From Spirochaetia bacterium (GTDB taxonomy: Bacteria; Spirochaetota; Spirochaetia; SZUA-6; Bin103): DNA of 64,000 nt. Position numbers and translations under genes: made by a program. Positions 16,540 to 29,055 of this stretch are shown piece by piece. Positions within the stretch are counted from its first letter, which is position 1. Each line of letters starts with the position of its first letter. The stretch lies in the NCBI GenBank assembly GCA_965203055.1, contig OZ241863.1, positions 3,904,001 to 3,968,000 of the forward strand, written 5' to 3'. The notes under the pieces were generated by a model. It was given only the letters and a program-made list of their open reading frames with translations. It did no database searches and was not told the DNA's origin.

Positions 16540-17418
16540 GTGGCGATCGGCGGCAACGGTCAACGGCAACGGTTCGTGGCGCTCACCGGCGCCGGGCGCG
16601 GCATCGGCGCCGCCACTGCGCGCGCGTTGCGCGCCGCCGGCTACACGGTGGTGGCGGGCGTCCGCCAGCCGCCCGCCGGCGCCGCCGCGGGGCGCCGCGG
16701 GGCGGCGCCGGGCGGGGTGCGCTACCTGCCCCTCGACCTGACCGACGGCGGCTCCATCGAGCGGTTCGCCGCGGCCACCGCGGAGCTGGCCTCCGGCTCC
16801 CTGCTGGCGGCCATCAACAACGCCGGGGTGGGCGCGCTCGGCCCCGCGGAACAGTTTCCGGCAGCGCGCGCGCGGCAGGTGTTCGAGGTCAACCTGTGGG
16901 GGGCGGTGCAGCTCACCCAGCGCCTGCTGCCGTTGCTGCGCGCCCATGCCGCGCGCGCGGCGCCCGCCTATCTGCTCAACGTCGGCTCCCTGATCGCCGA
17001 GTACCCGGTGCCCTACCACGCGCTGTACGCCGCCTCCAAGGGAGCGCTGCGCGCCTACAGCCTGGCGTTGCGCGGCGAGCTGACCCGGCAGGGCGTGGCG
17101 GTGGTCCTGCTGGAGCCGGGCGACGTCGCCACCGGCAGCGCGCCGCTGCGCGGCGCCGCCGCAGCCGAGGCGTACCGCGCCGGCTACGCCCGGGTGGAGG
17201 CGGCCCGGGCGCGCAAGATGGCGGCCGCGCCGGCGCCGGAGGTGGTGGCGCGGCGGGTGGTGCGGGTGCTGGGCGCGCGCCGCCCGCCGCCGATCGTGGC
17301 ATGCGGGCGCGGCGCCGCGGGGCTGCGCTTCCTGCGGCGCCTGCTGCCGGACCGGCTCGCCGAAGCGCTCACGCTGCGCGCCTACGGCCTGCACCGGGGC
17401 GCCGGCAGCGGGCCCTGA
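16540..17418 (+). CDS. SDR family oxidoreductase
   Basis: TGAGRGIG, NNAG, YAASK. Confidence 0.88.
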   Translation: MAIGGNGQRQRFVALTGAGRGIGAATARALRAAGYTVVAGVRQPPAGAAAGRRGAAPGGVRYLPLDLTDGGSIERFAAATAELASGSLLAAINNAGVGALGPAEQFPAARARQVFEVNLWGAVQLTQRLLPLLRAHAARAAPAYLLNVGSLIAEYPVPYHALYAASKGALRAYSLALRGELTRQGVAVVLLEPGDVATGSAPLRGAAAAEAYRAGYARVEAARARKMAAAPAPEVVARRVVRVLGARRPPPIVACGRGAAGLRFLRRLLPDRLAEALTLRAYGLHRGAGSGP

Positions 17419-17446
17419 GCGGCGCGCGCGGCGCCGCCGGCGAGCG

Positions 17447-18661
17447 TTACAGGTAGCGCTGCTCGACGGCATCGAGTTGGCGCGGGCGCAATGACACGGC
17501 TTCCGGGTCGCGCCCGAAGCACACGCCGAGCGCCTCGTAGAACGCCACCGTCTCCGGCGCGACGTGACACTGCTCGATGGCGGCCGCGGTCGCCAGATAG
17601 CGCACTTCGCCGCGGTCGCCGCCGGCGGCCGTCACCCCCGAGATGCCGGCCGCCAGTAGGGCGACTGCGCCGGCGCCGATCTGCTTGCCGAAGTTCACGT
17701 CGTAGGCGGTCGAGCCGCCGGAGCGCACCAGGTGGCTGGGGGTCAACTCGCGCACCTCGGGAGTCTCGTAGATGCCGGCCACGAACTGGCCGGTGGCGCG
17801 CATGTAGGCGCCGGTATCGGGGTCGGCCGCGATGCGCTGCTCCAGCCCGGCACGCACGTACCTGCCGGCCCCGGCCAGCTTGCCGTGGCCGAAGGCGTCC
17901 ACCCCCGCGCCGGCGTCGGTCATCACCGCCCCGCCGGCGTCGCGCAGCCCCTCGGCCACCACGATGGTGTAGGTGCCGGCGTACACGTCGCTGCCGCGCA
18001 CGCGCCGGAACAGGCGCTCCTTGGCATGGCGGTAGACCACCTCCAGATCGGCCGGCACCTCCGGCAGCAGGATGCAGTCGGCATCCGCCGCCACCCCGCC
18101 GCGCAGCGCGGTGTGGCCGGCGTAGCGGCCGAACACCTCGGTGATCATGATGCGATTGTGGGTGGCGCCGGTGGTCTTGGCGTCCTGCACCAGGCGCGCG
18201 ATCCGGTTGACCGCCGAATCGCCGCCCACCGAGTAGGTTTGCAGGTCGAGGTCCATGGTCTTCGGCGCGTGCACGCAGCGAATCCCCTGCGCCACCAGGT
18301 CCACCACCACGCTGCCGGTATCGTCGCCGCCGGAGATCACCAGCGCGTCGAGCGCGTGGCGCTCCAGGCCGCGCTTGATGCGTTCGTACTTGCCGGGATC
18401 GTCGATCTTCGAAATCTTGACCCGGGAATGGCCGGCCTCGGAGCCGGCGCGGGTGGAATCAATGCGGTCGGCCCGCTCCCGGTCCAGCCGCACCAGGCGC
18501 GCCAGATCGACCAGGTTGTAGAGGCCGGCGTAGCCGTTCGGAATGACGTACGCGCCGATTCCCAGGTGCTCGCACATTCCGGCCATGCCGCGGATGACGC
18601 CGTTCAATCCGCCCGCATCACCGCCGCTGGTGATGATGCCGACGTTGCGGAGCTCTGCCAT
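17447..18661 (-). CDS. pfp: 6-phosphofructokinase family, PPi-dependent signature
   Basis: TSGGDAGGLN, SGGDDT, PKTMD, EVFGRYAG; leaderless promoter TTGACA-18-CAAGGT-6-ATG. Confidence 0.8.
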   Translation of the reverse strand: MAELRNVGIITSGGDAGGLNGVIRGMAGMCEHLGIGAYVIPNGYAGLYNLVDLARLVRLDRERADRIDSTRAGSEAGHSRVKISKIDDPGKYERIKRGLERHALDALVISGGDDTGSVVVDLVAQGIRCVHAPKTMDLDLQTYSVGGDSAVNRIARLVQDAKTTGATHNRIMITEVFGRYAGHTALRGGVAADADCILLPEVPADLEVVYRHAKERLFRRVRGSDVYAGTYTIVVAEGLRDAGGAVMTDAGAGVDAFGHGKLAGAGRYVRAGLEQRIAADPDTGAYMRATGQFVAGIYETPEVRELTPSHLVRSGGSTAYDVNFGKQIGAGAVALLAAGISGVTAAGGDRGEVRYLATAAAIEQCHVAPETVAFYEALGVCFGRDPEAVSLRPRQLDAVEQRYL

Positions 18662-18730
18662 GGCGTGACCTTGCCGCCGGGCGCCCGCCCCTGTCAACGC
18701 GAACGGAGGCGTGGGCGGCGTGGGCCGCGG

Positions 18731-19378
18731 CTACAGCAGGTAGTGGGCCACGACGCCGGCTCCCACCGGCAACACCAGGTTGTCGTAGTCGCGGGTCGGC
18801 GCCGCCTCCAGCAGCGCCGCGGCCACGGCCAGGATCAGGGACGCGGCCAGGTCGCCGGTGAGGCGCAGGCTGATCGCAAGCACCACGACGCAGCAGGCCA
18901 TGCTGCCGGCCACGCTCTTGCCCCCGGTGCCGGGGATCTTGATGCGCCCCAGCGCGGTGCCCACCACCCCCGCGGCGCTGTCGCCGAAGGCGAGCGCGTA
19001 GATGGCCAGGGAGGCGGCCGGTTCCGGGTACAGCAGCAGGGCCAGCATGGCGCCCAGGCCGAGGGTCACCGGACCGAGCACGAACCCGCGGCCGTCGCGC
19101 TCGCGCAACGCGAGCATGGTAACGTCAGAGATCACGGCCACGTGGATCCCCAGCAGCCGCGCCTGCTCCGCGGCGACGTAGATCACGATGCCCACGCCGA
19201 GCAACCCGGCCGCCAACGACACGTCGACCGCCGCAATGGCGGGGACCGCCGCAATCGCCACGTGGATCGCCTTGCGGAACAGCTCGATCTGCGTCGCGCT
19301 GCGCGTCTCCGGGCGCGCGGCGCCGCGCGCCGCGCGGCCAAGCTGAGTTGCGGCGAAGACGATGCGATCCAGGCGCAC
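18731..19378 (-). CDS. Diacylglycerol/polyprenol (phytol/dolichol) kinase family membrane protein
   Basis: ELFRKAIH, LAFGDSAAGVVG, GKSVAGS, DNLVLP; start chosen at GTG 19378. Confidence 0.8.
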   Translation of the reverse strand: MRLDRIVFAATQLGRAARGAARPETRSATQIELFRKAIHVAIAAVPAIAAVDVSLAAGLLGVGIVIYVAAEQARLLGIHVAVISDVTMLALRERDGRGFVLGPVTLGLGAMLALLLYPEPAASLAIYALAFGDSAAGVVGTALGRIKIPGTGGKSVAGSMACCVVVLAISLRLTGDLAASLILAVAAALLEAAPTRDYDNLVLPVGAGVVAHYLL

Positions 19379-19452
19379 TGTATCCAATGGTGCCAACCGC
19401 CGGCGCGCCCGGTCAATACCCACCGAGAAGAGAAGGAAGGCTGGCTGACGTA

Positions 19453-19482
19453 TTGACAGGCGGGCTGCGCGGCGGATAGGTT
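19453..19482 (+). promoter_or_regulatory. sigma70-type promoter for tRNA-Val
   Basis: TTGACA, 18 nt, TAGGTT. Confidence 0.55.
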
Positions 19483-19511
19483 TCATCCGCGGGGCCGCCG
19501 GCGGCCCCGGA

Positions 19512-19583
19512 GGGCGATTAACTCAGCGGTAGAGTGCTACCTTCACACGGTAGAAGCCACTGGTTCGATCCCAGTATCGCCCA
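19512..19583 (+). tRNA. tRNA-Val (anticodon CAC), 3' CCA not encoded
   Basis: Acceptor GGGCGAT/ATCGCCC plus discriminator A, anticodon arm CTACC-TTCACAC-GGTAG, T-loop GGTTCGATCC. Confidence 0.96.
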
Positions 19584-19594
19584 GCGCAGGCGGG

Positions 19595-20650
19595 TCAGCG
19601 CAGCTTCTTGCGCATCCGGCGCAGCATGGCGCGGCGCGCGTTGCCGCGCCCCGCAGTGCCGCCCAGGCGCTGGTTGCCCAGCCGCCGCTGCCCCCCCGGC
19701 GGATGGCTGGCGAGGATCATCAGCATCGCCACCCCGCCGACGATCATCGCCGCGCTCAACAGTTGGCCGGTGGTGAAGTTCCACATGCTGAACTGCGCCG
19801 GGTTGGCGGTGGCGGCGAAGGAGAGCGGAAATCCCAACCCTTCGTCCGGCTCGCGCAGATACTCGACGGCGAACCGCACCACCCCGTAGCCGATCACGTA
19901 CATGATCAGCAGGAAGCCGGGGAACGGCCGCCTCTTGCGCAACACGAACCACAGCAGCGCCCACAGGAACACCCCCTCGAAGAACGCCTCGAAGAGCTGG
20001 GACGGGTAGCGCGGCAGGTTGACCAGCGCCGCGCCTTCGGCGAGCGGCAGGCCGGCCTCCGCCGCCACCTCGCGCACCCACTGCTCGCTGGTCGGGTATT
20101 CCGGCGCCGTCGGGAATATGATCCCGATCGGGGAGCTGGTAATACGCCCGTAGAGCTCGCCGTTGATGAAGTTGCCCAGCCGCCCGAAGGTGTAGCCGAG
20201 GGGCGCGCAGGCGGCGATCAGGTCGGCCACGTGCAACGTTGGCAAGCGCTTTACGCGGCAGTAGATCAACACCGCGAGGATCGCCCCCGCCAGCCCCCCG
20301 TGATAGGACATGCCCTGCAGCCCGGTGAAGCGCAGTGCCCCGTCCACCCGTTGAAACGGAAACACGATCTGCAGCGGGTTGCGCAGGTAGAACCCGGTCG
20401 GGTCGTAGATCAGGACCGAGAACAGGCGCCCGCCGAGCAGCACGCCGACGATTCCCCAGAAGAACAGGCTGAGCACCGTGTCCCGATCGGTCTGCAGCTC
20501 GCCGCGCTTCACTGCGAGCTGCACGAACAGGTAGTAGGTGACGGCAAACGCCACCAGGTACATCAGCCCATACCATCGAATGGGCAACCCGGGAATTATC
20601 TCCGGCCGCAACCAGGTGGGAAACTCCGCGTAACCGATCATTCGTGCCAA
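19595..20650 (-). CDS. lgt: Prolipoprotein diacylglyceryl transferase (alternative ATG 20641)
   Basis: IRWYGLMY, GMSYHGG, GRLGNFINGELYGR, PSQLFEAFFEG. Confidence 0.95.
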   Translation of the reverse strand: MARMIGYAEFPTWLRPEIIPGLPIRWYGLMYLVAFAVTYYLFVQLAVKRGELQTDRDTVLSLFFWGIVGVLLGGRLFSVLIYDPTGFYLRNPLQIVFPFQRVDGALRFTGLQGMSYHGGLAGAILAVLIYCRVKRLPTLHVADLIAACAPLGYTFGRLGNFINGELYGRITSSPIGIIFPTAPEYPTSEQWVREVAAEAGLPLAEGAALVNLPRYPSQLFEAFFEGVFLWALLWFVLRKRRPFPGFLLIMYVIGYGVVRFAVEYLREPDEGLGFPLSFAATANPAQFSMWNFTTGQLLSAAMIVGGVAMLMILASHPPGGQRRLGNQRLGGTAGRGNARRAMLRRMRKKLR

Positions 20651-20690
20651 TGCCCCGCCGCAGGCACTATACTTCTTTCACGGCACCGAG

Positions 20691-22148
20691 ATGCAAGCGA
20701 CCATGACGCTTCTACCGCTGCGCCGGCTGGCGGGCAGACCCTGGACCCGGCGCGCGCGGACCGCCGTGCTCTCGCCCCTCCTGCTGCTCATGACCGTGGC
20801 GCCGCACGCCATGGCGCAGGAGGAGGATGAGCAGGCTCGCCAATTCGTCGGGATGTTCGCGGAGGTGTTCGAATTCATCCGCGACAACTACGTCGACGAA
20901 ACCAGCGTCGATCCCGAGCTGCTCATCGAAGGCGCCCTGGACGGCATGTTCGAGGCGCTCGACGACCCCTACTCCGCCTATATCCGGCCGGACGAAGTGG
21001 TGGAGATTACCGATCTGACGCGGGGCGAGTTCGGCGGCGTAGGGATGTACGTGGCGGCGCACAGCGACGGCGGCGTGGAGGTGATCTCGCCGATCGAGGG
21101 CCAGCCCGCCTATCGGGCGGGGGTCCGGGCCGGGGACCTGATCGTGGCGGTCGACGGCGAATCGGCGCTGGAGTTCGAGGTCAGCGACATCATCACCCGC
21201 CTGCGCGGGACGCCGGGCACCACCGTGAACGTCACGTTTCGGCGCCACGGCACCGTTACCTTCGAAGTCGCCATCGAACGGGCCATGATCGAAGTGGTCA
21301 CCGTGCGGCACGCGTTCATCGACGACGCCATCGGCTACCTGCGCATCAGCCAGTTCACCCGCCTCACCCCGGAACGGGTGGCGCAGGCGCTGCGGGAGTT
21401 GCAGGGCGCCGCCGGACTGATCGTCGATCTGCGCAGCAATCCGGGCGGGCTGCTCTCCGCGGTGGTGCAGGTGGCCGACTACTTCCTCTCCTCGGGGGTG
21501 ATCGTCGCGACCCGCTCGCGGGTGGAGGCCGAGAATCAGGTCCACACCGCCGCGCAGCACACCACGGTGGTGGACGCCGGGCTGCCGCTGGTGGTGCTGA
21601 TCGACCGCGGCTCGGCCTCGGCGTCCGAGATCCTGGCGGCCGCGCTCGGCGAGAACGACCGCGCCTGGCTGCTCGGCGAGCAGACCTACGGCAAGGGCTC
21701 GGTGCAGCAGGTACGCCACTTCGACGAGCGCGCCGTGAAGGTGACCACGGCGCGCTATCTTACGCCCAGCGGCGCCAGCATCGACTCGGTCGGCGTGACC
21801 CCGCATCAGGAGCTGGCCGAACCGGAGCGCTCGGAGGAGGAGAAGGCGGAGCTGGAGGAGCTGTTCGAGAGTGGCCGGCTGCGCGCCTTCGTGCGCGAAA
21901 CCCCGCAGCCGAGCGCCGCGCAGAGCGAGACCTTCGTCGCCGAGCTGCAGCGCTCGGGGGTAGAACTGGACGCCGACCTGCTGCGGCGCCTGATCCACGA
22001 TGAAGTGCGCCGCGCCATGCCGGCGCCTCCGGTATACGATCTGCGCTACGACCTGGTGCTGCAGGAGGCGGTCCGCCTCCTGCAGCAGGGACTGGTACCG
22101 GCCCGCGCCGCGCAGCAACGGCGCGAACCCGCCGCGGCCGCCTCCTGA
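20691..22148 (+). CDS. ctpA: S41 family carboxyl-terminal processing protease
   Basis: LDDPYS, PDZ (GEFGGVG), DLRSNPGG, SASASEI, TYGKGSVQ. Confidence 0.9.
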   Translation: MQATMTLLPLRRLAGRPWTRRARTAVLSPLLLLMTVAPHAMAQEEDEQARQFVGMFAEVFEFIRDNYVDETSVDPELLIEGALDGMFEALDDPYSAYIRPDEVVEITDLTRGEFGGVGMYVAAHSDGGVEVISPIEGQPAYRAGVRAGDLIVAVDGESALEFEVSDIITRLRGTPGTTVNVTFRRHGTVTFEVAIERAMIEVVTVRHAFIDDAIGYLRISQFTRLTPERVAQALRELQGAAGLIVDLRSNPGGLLSAVVQVADYFLSSGVIVATRSRVEAENQVHTAAQHTTVVDAGLPLVVLIDRGSASASEILAAALGENDRAWLLGEQTYGKGSVQQVRHFDERAVKVTTARYLTPSGASIDSVGVTPHQELAEPERSEEEKAELEELFESGRLRAFVRETPQPSAAQSETFVAELQRSGVELDADLLRRLIHDEVRRAMPAPPVYDLRYDLVLQEAVRLLQQGLVPARAAQQRREPAAAAS

Positions 22149-22192
22149 ATCTCCGCGCCGGCTGCCGCGCCCCGCGCGCGCCGGGTTGAGGG

Positions 22193-23041
22193 ATGCGTCA
22201 GTTCCTGCTGCCGGCGGCGCGCCCCGGCGCCGAGGTGGAGGTGGCCGGCGCCGACTTTCACCACCTGGTACGGGTGCGGCGGCTGGCCGCCGGCGCCGCG
22301 CTCATCGTGGTGGACGCGGCCGGCGCGCGCTACCGGGCCACCGTGACGCAGGTGGCGGAGCGCTCCCTGCGCCTCACCATCGGCGGCCCCGCGGCGGCGC
22401 CCGGCGGCGGACCGCCCGCCGGCTGCCGGCTGGCGTTGATCCAGGCGCTGCCCCGGGGCGCGCTGATGGACCGGATCGTCCGCCAGGCTACCGAGTTGGG
22501 AGCGGCCGCCATCGTGCCGGTAGTCGCGGCGCGCACCCAGGGACGGCCCGCGCCCGCGGCGCTGGCGCGCATGCGGGCGCGCTGGCAGCGCATCGCCCGC
22601 CAGGCCGCGCAGCAGAGCGGCGCGCCGGCGCCGCTGATCGGTGAGCCGCAGGCGCTGGCGCAGTACCTGCGGCAGCGCCCGCCGGCCGCGCTGGAGTTGC
22701 TGTTCCACCCCGGCGCGGCGCCGCTGCATGAGGTTGCTGATGGGGGCCGGGGCGCGGCGCCCGGCCTGGAGGTGCGCTGCGCCGTGGGGCCCGAAGGCGG
22801 CTTCTCGGCGGCCGAGCAGGAGTTGTTTCGCGCCTGCGGCTTTCGCTGCGCCGGCCTGCCGGCGGCGGTGCTGCGCGTGGACACCGCCGCGGTGGCGGCG
22901 CTGGCGGCGACCGGTCAGTTGCTGGCCGCGGCCGCAGCCGCCTGTCGGCCGCCCGCGCCGCCGCCGGCGCAGCCCTGCGCGGCCCCCCGCCGGACCGCCG
23001 GCGCGGCCGGACGGCAGCCGCATTTGCCCGCCCCGCAGTAA
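22193..23041 (+). CDS. rsmE: 16S rRNA m3U1498 methyltransferase
   Basis: HHLVRVRR, ATELG, AAQQS, VGPEGGFS, VLRVDTA. Confidence 0.85.
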   Translation: MRQFLLPAARPGAEVEVAGADFHHLVRVRRLAAGAALIVVDAAGARYRATVTQVAERSLRLTIGGPAAAPGGGPPAGCRLALIQALPRGALMDRIVRQATELGAAAIVPVVAARTQGRPAPAALARMRARWQRIARQAAQQSGAPAPLIGEPQALAQYLRQRPPAALELLFHPGAAPLHEVADGGRGAAPGLEVRCAVGPEGGFSAAEQELFRACGFRCAGLPAAVLRVDTAAVAALAATGQLLAAAAAACRPPAPPPAQPCAAPRRTAGAAGRQPHLPAPQ

Positions 23042-23060
23042 CCGGATAAGGTGGCGAATC

Positions 23061-24233
<1,173 letters not shown>

Positions 24234-24256
24234 TATAATAGGAGCGGATTGACGAA

Positions 24257-24637
24257 ATGGCAGACCCTGCAAAGATCGAAAGCTTTCTGCTCTCCCTGTC
24301 GCTTACCTACGAAGAAGTGGGCGACCAGACCTGGGTGATCAACGACGACGAAAAGGGCCTCGAGAACGTCCTCGTGATCCTCGCGCACCCGGTGGTCATC
24401 ATCCGGGTCAAGGTGATGGCCATTCCCGCCACGGAACGGGAACGGTTCTTCGAGCAACTGTTGCGGCTGAATCAGTCGGACATGATTCACGGCGCCTACG
24501 CGCTGGAGGGCGACGACGTGATCCTGCTCAACACCCTGGTCGGAGAGACGCTCGACCTCGAGGAATTCCAGGCGACCCTGGACGCGATCGGACTCGCCCT
24601 GGCCCAGCACTACCAGATGCTGGCCGGGTACCGCTAG
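24257..24637 (+). CDS. YbjN/CesT-like chaperone-fold protein
   Basis: 126-aa acidic protein with LLRLN....GAYAL pattern, directly upstream of pspA. Confidence 0.7.
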   Translation: MADPAKIESFLLSLSLTYEEVGDQTWVINDDEKGLENVLVILAHPVVIIRVKVMAIPATERERFFEQLLRLNQSDMIHGAYALEGDDVILLNTLVGETLDLEEFQATLDAIGLALAQHYQMLAGYR

Positions 24638-24657
24638 GAGAGAGAGGAGGCCACCGG

Positions 24658-25365
24658 ATGGGATTGTTCAAGCGCTTCCAGCGCGTAGTGCGCTCCAACA
24701 TCAACGACATGATCAGCAAGGCGGAGAATCCGGAGAAGATGCTCAACCAGTTGATCGTGGAGATGAACGAGCAGCTCATCGACTCCAAGAAGAGCGTGGC
24801 GTCGGCCATCGCCGACGAGAAGCGGCTGCAGCGCCAGCTTCTGGAGCAGCGCCGCAGCGCCGACCTGTGGGAGCAGCGGGCGATGGATGCGGTGCGCGCC
24901 GGCAAGGACGATCTGGCCAAGCAGGCGCTGGTCCGCAAGCAGGAACACGCCGACTACGCGGCCGACTACCAGAAGCAGTACGACGCCCAGCACACCTCGG
25001 TGGAGCAGCTCAAGGACTCGTTGCGCCATCTCCAGCAGAAGATCGACGAAGCCAGCCGCAAGAAGAACCTGCTCCTCGCGCGCGCCAAGCGGGCGGAGGC
25101 GCAGCAACGTATTCAGGCCACCATCGGCGCGGCCCGCAACACCTCCGCCTTCGACGCCTTCGACCGCATGGCCGCCAAGGTGGAGCAGGCCGAGGCGGAA
25201 GCGGAGGCGACCGACGACCTGGCCAAGCTGGACGCCGGGGGCGCCGACCTGGAGCGCCAGTTCAAGGAGCTGGAAGGCGGCAGCGCGGACCAGCTGCTCG
25301 AAGACCTGAAGTCGAAGATGAAGCAGATCGAGGACAAGAGCTCCCCGGGAGACTCCCGCTCGTAG
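24658..25365 (+). CDS. pspA: PspA/IM30 family protein
   Basis: MGLFKRF...SNINDMISKAENPEKMLNQ, coiled coil, AFDRMAAKV; strong RBS. Confidence 0.92.
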   Translation: MGLFKRFQRVVRSNINDMISKAENPEKMLNQLIVEMNEQLIDSKKSVASAIADEKRLQRQLLEQRRSADLWEQRAMDAVRAGKDDLAKQALVRKQEHADYAADYQKQYDAQHTSVEQLKDSLRHLQQKIDEASRKKNLLLARAKRAEAQQRIQATIGAARNTSAFDAFDRMAAKVEQAEAEAEATDDLAKLDAGGADLERQFKELEGGSADQLLEDLKSKMKQIEDKSSPGDSRS

Positions 25366-26069
25366 GAGCCCGGCGGCGCCCGCAGGCGCGGGGCCGGCGC
25401 CGGGCCGCGCGGCGATGACCGATTCGGCGGACCTCGCAAGGGTGCTGTTCGTGTCGCAGGATCCGCTGCTCGACGCGCGCCTGCGCCGCGTCCGGAGCGG
25501 CGCGCGGCGCGGCCGCGGCGGCTTCCGGCTGCTGCTGGCCCGAGAGTTCGACCCGCACCTCGACGTCGCCCTGTTCATCCTGCCGGCGGCGGCCACCAAC
25601 ACGATACTGGCGCCCGACGGGCGCCTGGCGCTGCCGGTGCTGGCCTACGGCCCGGAGCAGGGGCTGGCCGGCGCGCTGCTGCGCGGCTGCGTCGATTACC
25701 TGCGCGACCCGTGGACGTTGACCGAGCTGGAGCTGCGGGTCAGCCGCTGGCTGGAGGGGCGCCCGGCGGCGCGGCGCTTCGGCGGCGGCCTGCGGCTCGA
25801 CGGCACCACCCTGCAGGGGCCGGCCGGCGCGGTGGCGCTGTCGGTAGCCGAGACGCGGCTGCTGGGGATGCTGCTGGACAACGCCGGCCGGGTCACCAGC
25901 CGCGAAGCCCTGTTCTACCGGCTGTGGGGCAGGCAGCCCGACCCGCCCAGCCGGGTGGTGGACGTGCACGTGGCCGCGCTGCGCCGCAAGTGCCGCCGCG
26001 CCGGCGGCCGCGGCCTGACCATCAGCGCGGTGCGCGGCGAAGGCTACCTGCTGGCCGCCGCCGACGGCG

Positions 26070-28352
<2,283 letters not shown>

Positions 28353-28532
28353 TGGTGCCTCGCAGTGAAGTTCGCCCACGCTGTCCGCCCTCCCGTGGCA
28401 CTGCGCGCAGCGCGGGAGGCGCCGGAACAGGAGCATGGCAGCAGGGGTGTGGGGTTCGCATCTAAGGTAGTGCCGGCGCGTGGTTGGCGTCAAACCAACG
28501 AAGTAGCGGCAAAGTAGCGGCAAGGGCACGAA

Positions 28533-29045
28533 TTGACGGATTCCGGCCCGGCCCCTATGGTGCGCCGGGTGCGGGCACGGATCACGTTGCGCTCCAATCC
28601 GCGCGTGCTGATCCCCGTCGCCGCGGCGGCGGGGCTGGTGGCGGGAGCGGTACTGCTGGCGGCGCTGGTGCAGATCGTAGCGGGGGGCTTGGCGCTGCTG
28701 CTGACCGGTTACTTCGGCTACCGCATCGTGCGCTTCGTCAGCAAGCAGCTCGCCAGTTACGTCGCCGCCGACGCCGGCGGGGTGACGATTTGCGAGTACG
28801 GCGAGGAGACCCATCACTACCCGTGGGAGCAGGTTACCTGCGCCGGGCACGCCCGCGCCGCGGACGGCGGCGAGCTGCTCTACGTGTACGTGGAACGCGA
28901 CGACCGCCTGGTCACCATCTCCCCGGAGTTCGAGAACTTCCGGCCGCTGCGGGGCGAGTTGCAGCGCTACCTCCCCGCCGCCGACCTGGAGCTGGCGGCC
29001 GGCGAGTCGCTGGCCGACCGGCTGCGCCGGCGCCTCTCGACGTAA
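28533..29045 (+). CDS. Hypothetical membrane protein (two TM helices plus PH-like domain)
   Basis: Coding-like ORF with two hydrophobic segments then YPWEQV; start uncertain. Confidence 0.6.
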   Translation: MTDSGPAPMVRRVRARITLRSNPRVLIPVAAAAGLVAGAVLLAALVQIVAGGLALLLTGYFGYRIVRFVSKQLASYVAADAGGVTICEYGEETHHYPWEQVTCAGHARAADGGELLYVYVERDDRLVTISPEFENFRPLRGELQRYLPAADLELAAGESLADRLRRRLST

Positions 29046-29055
29046 GGAGGAGCGG

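Noticed and set aside
19512..19583. tRNA-anchored integrative element
   Set aside because: No integrase nearby, no duplicate tRNA 3' end seen, and housekeeping genes on both sides
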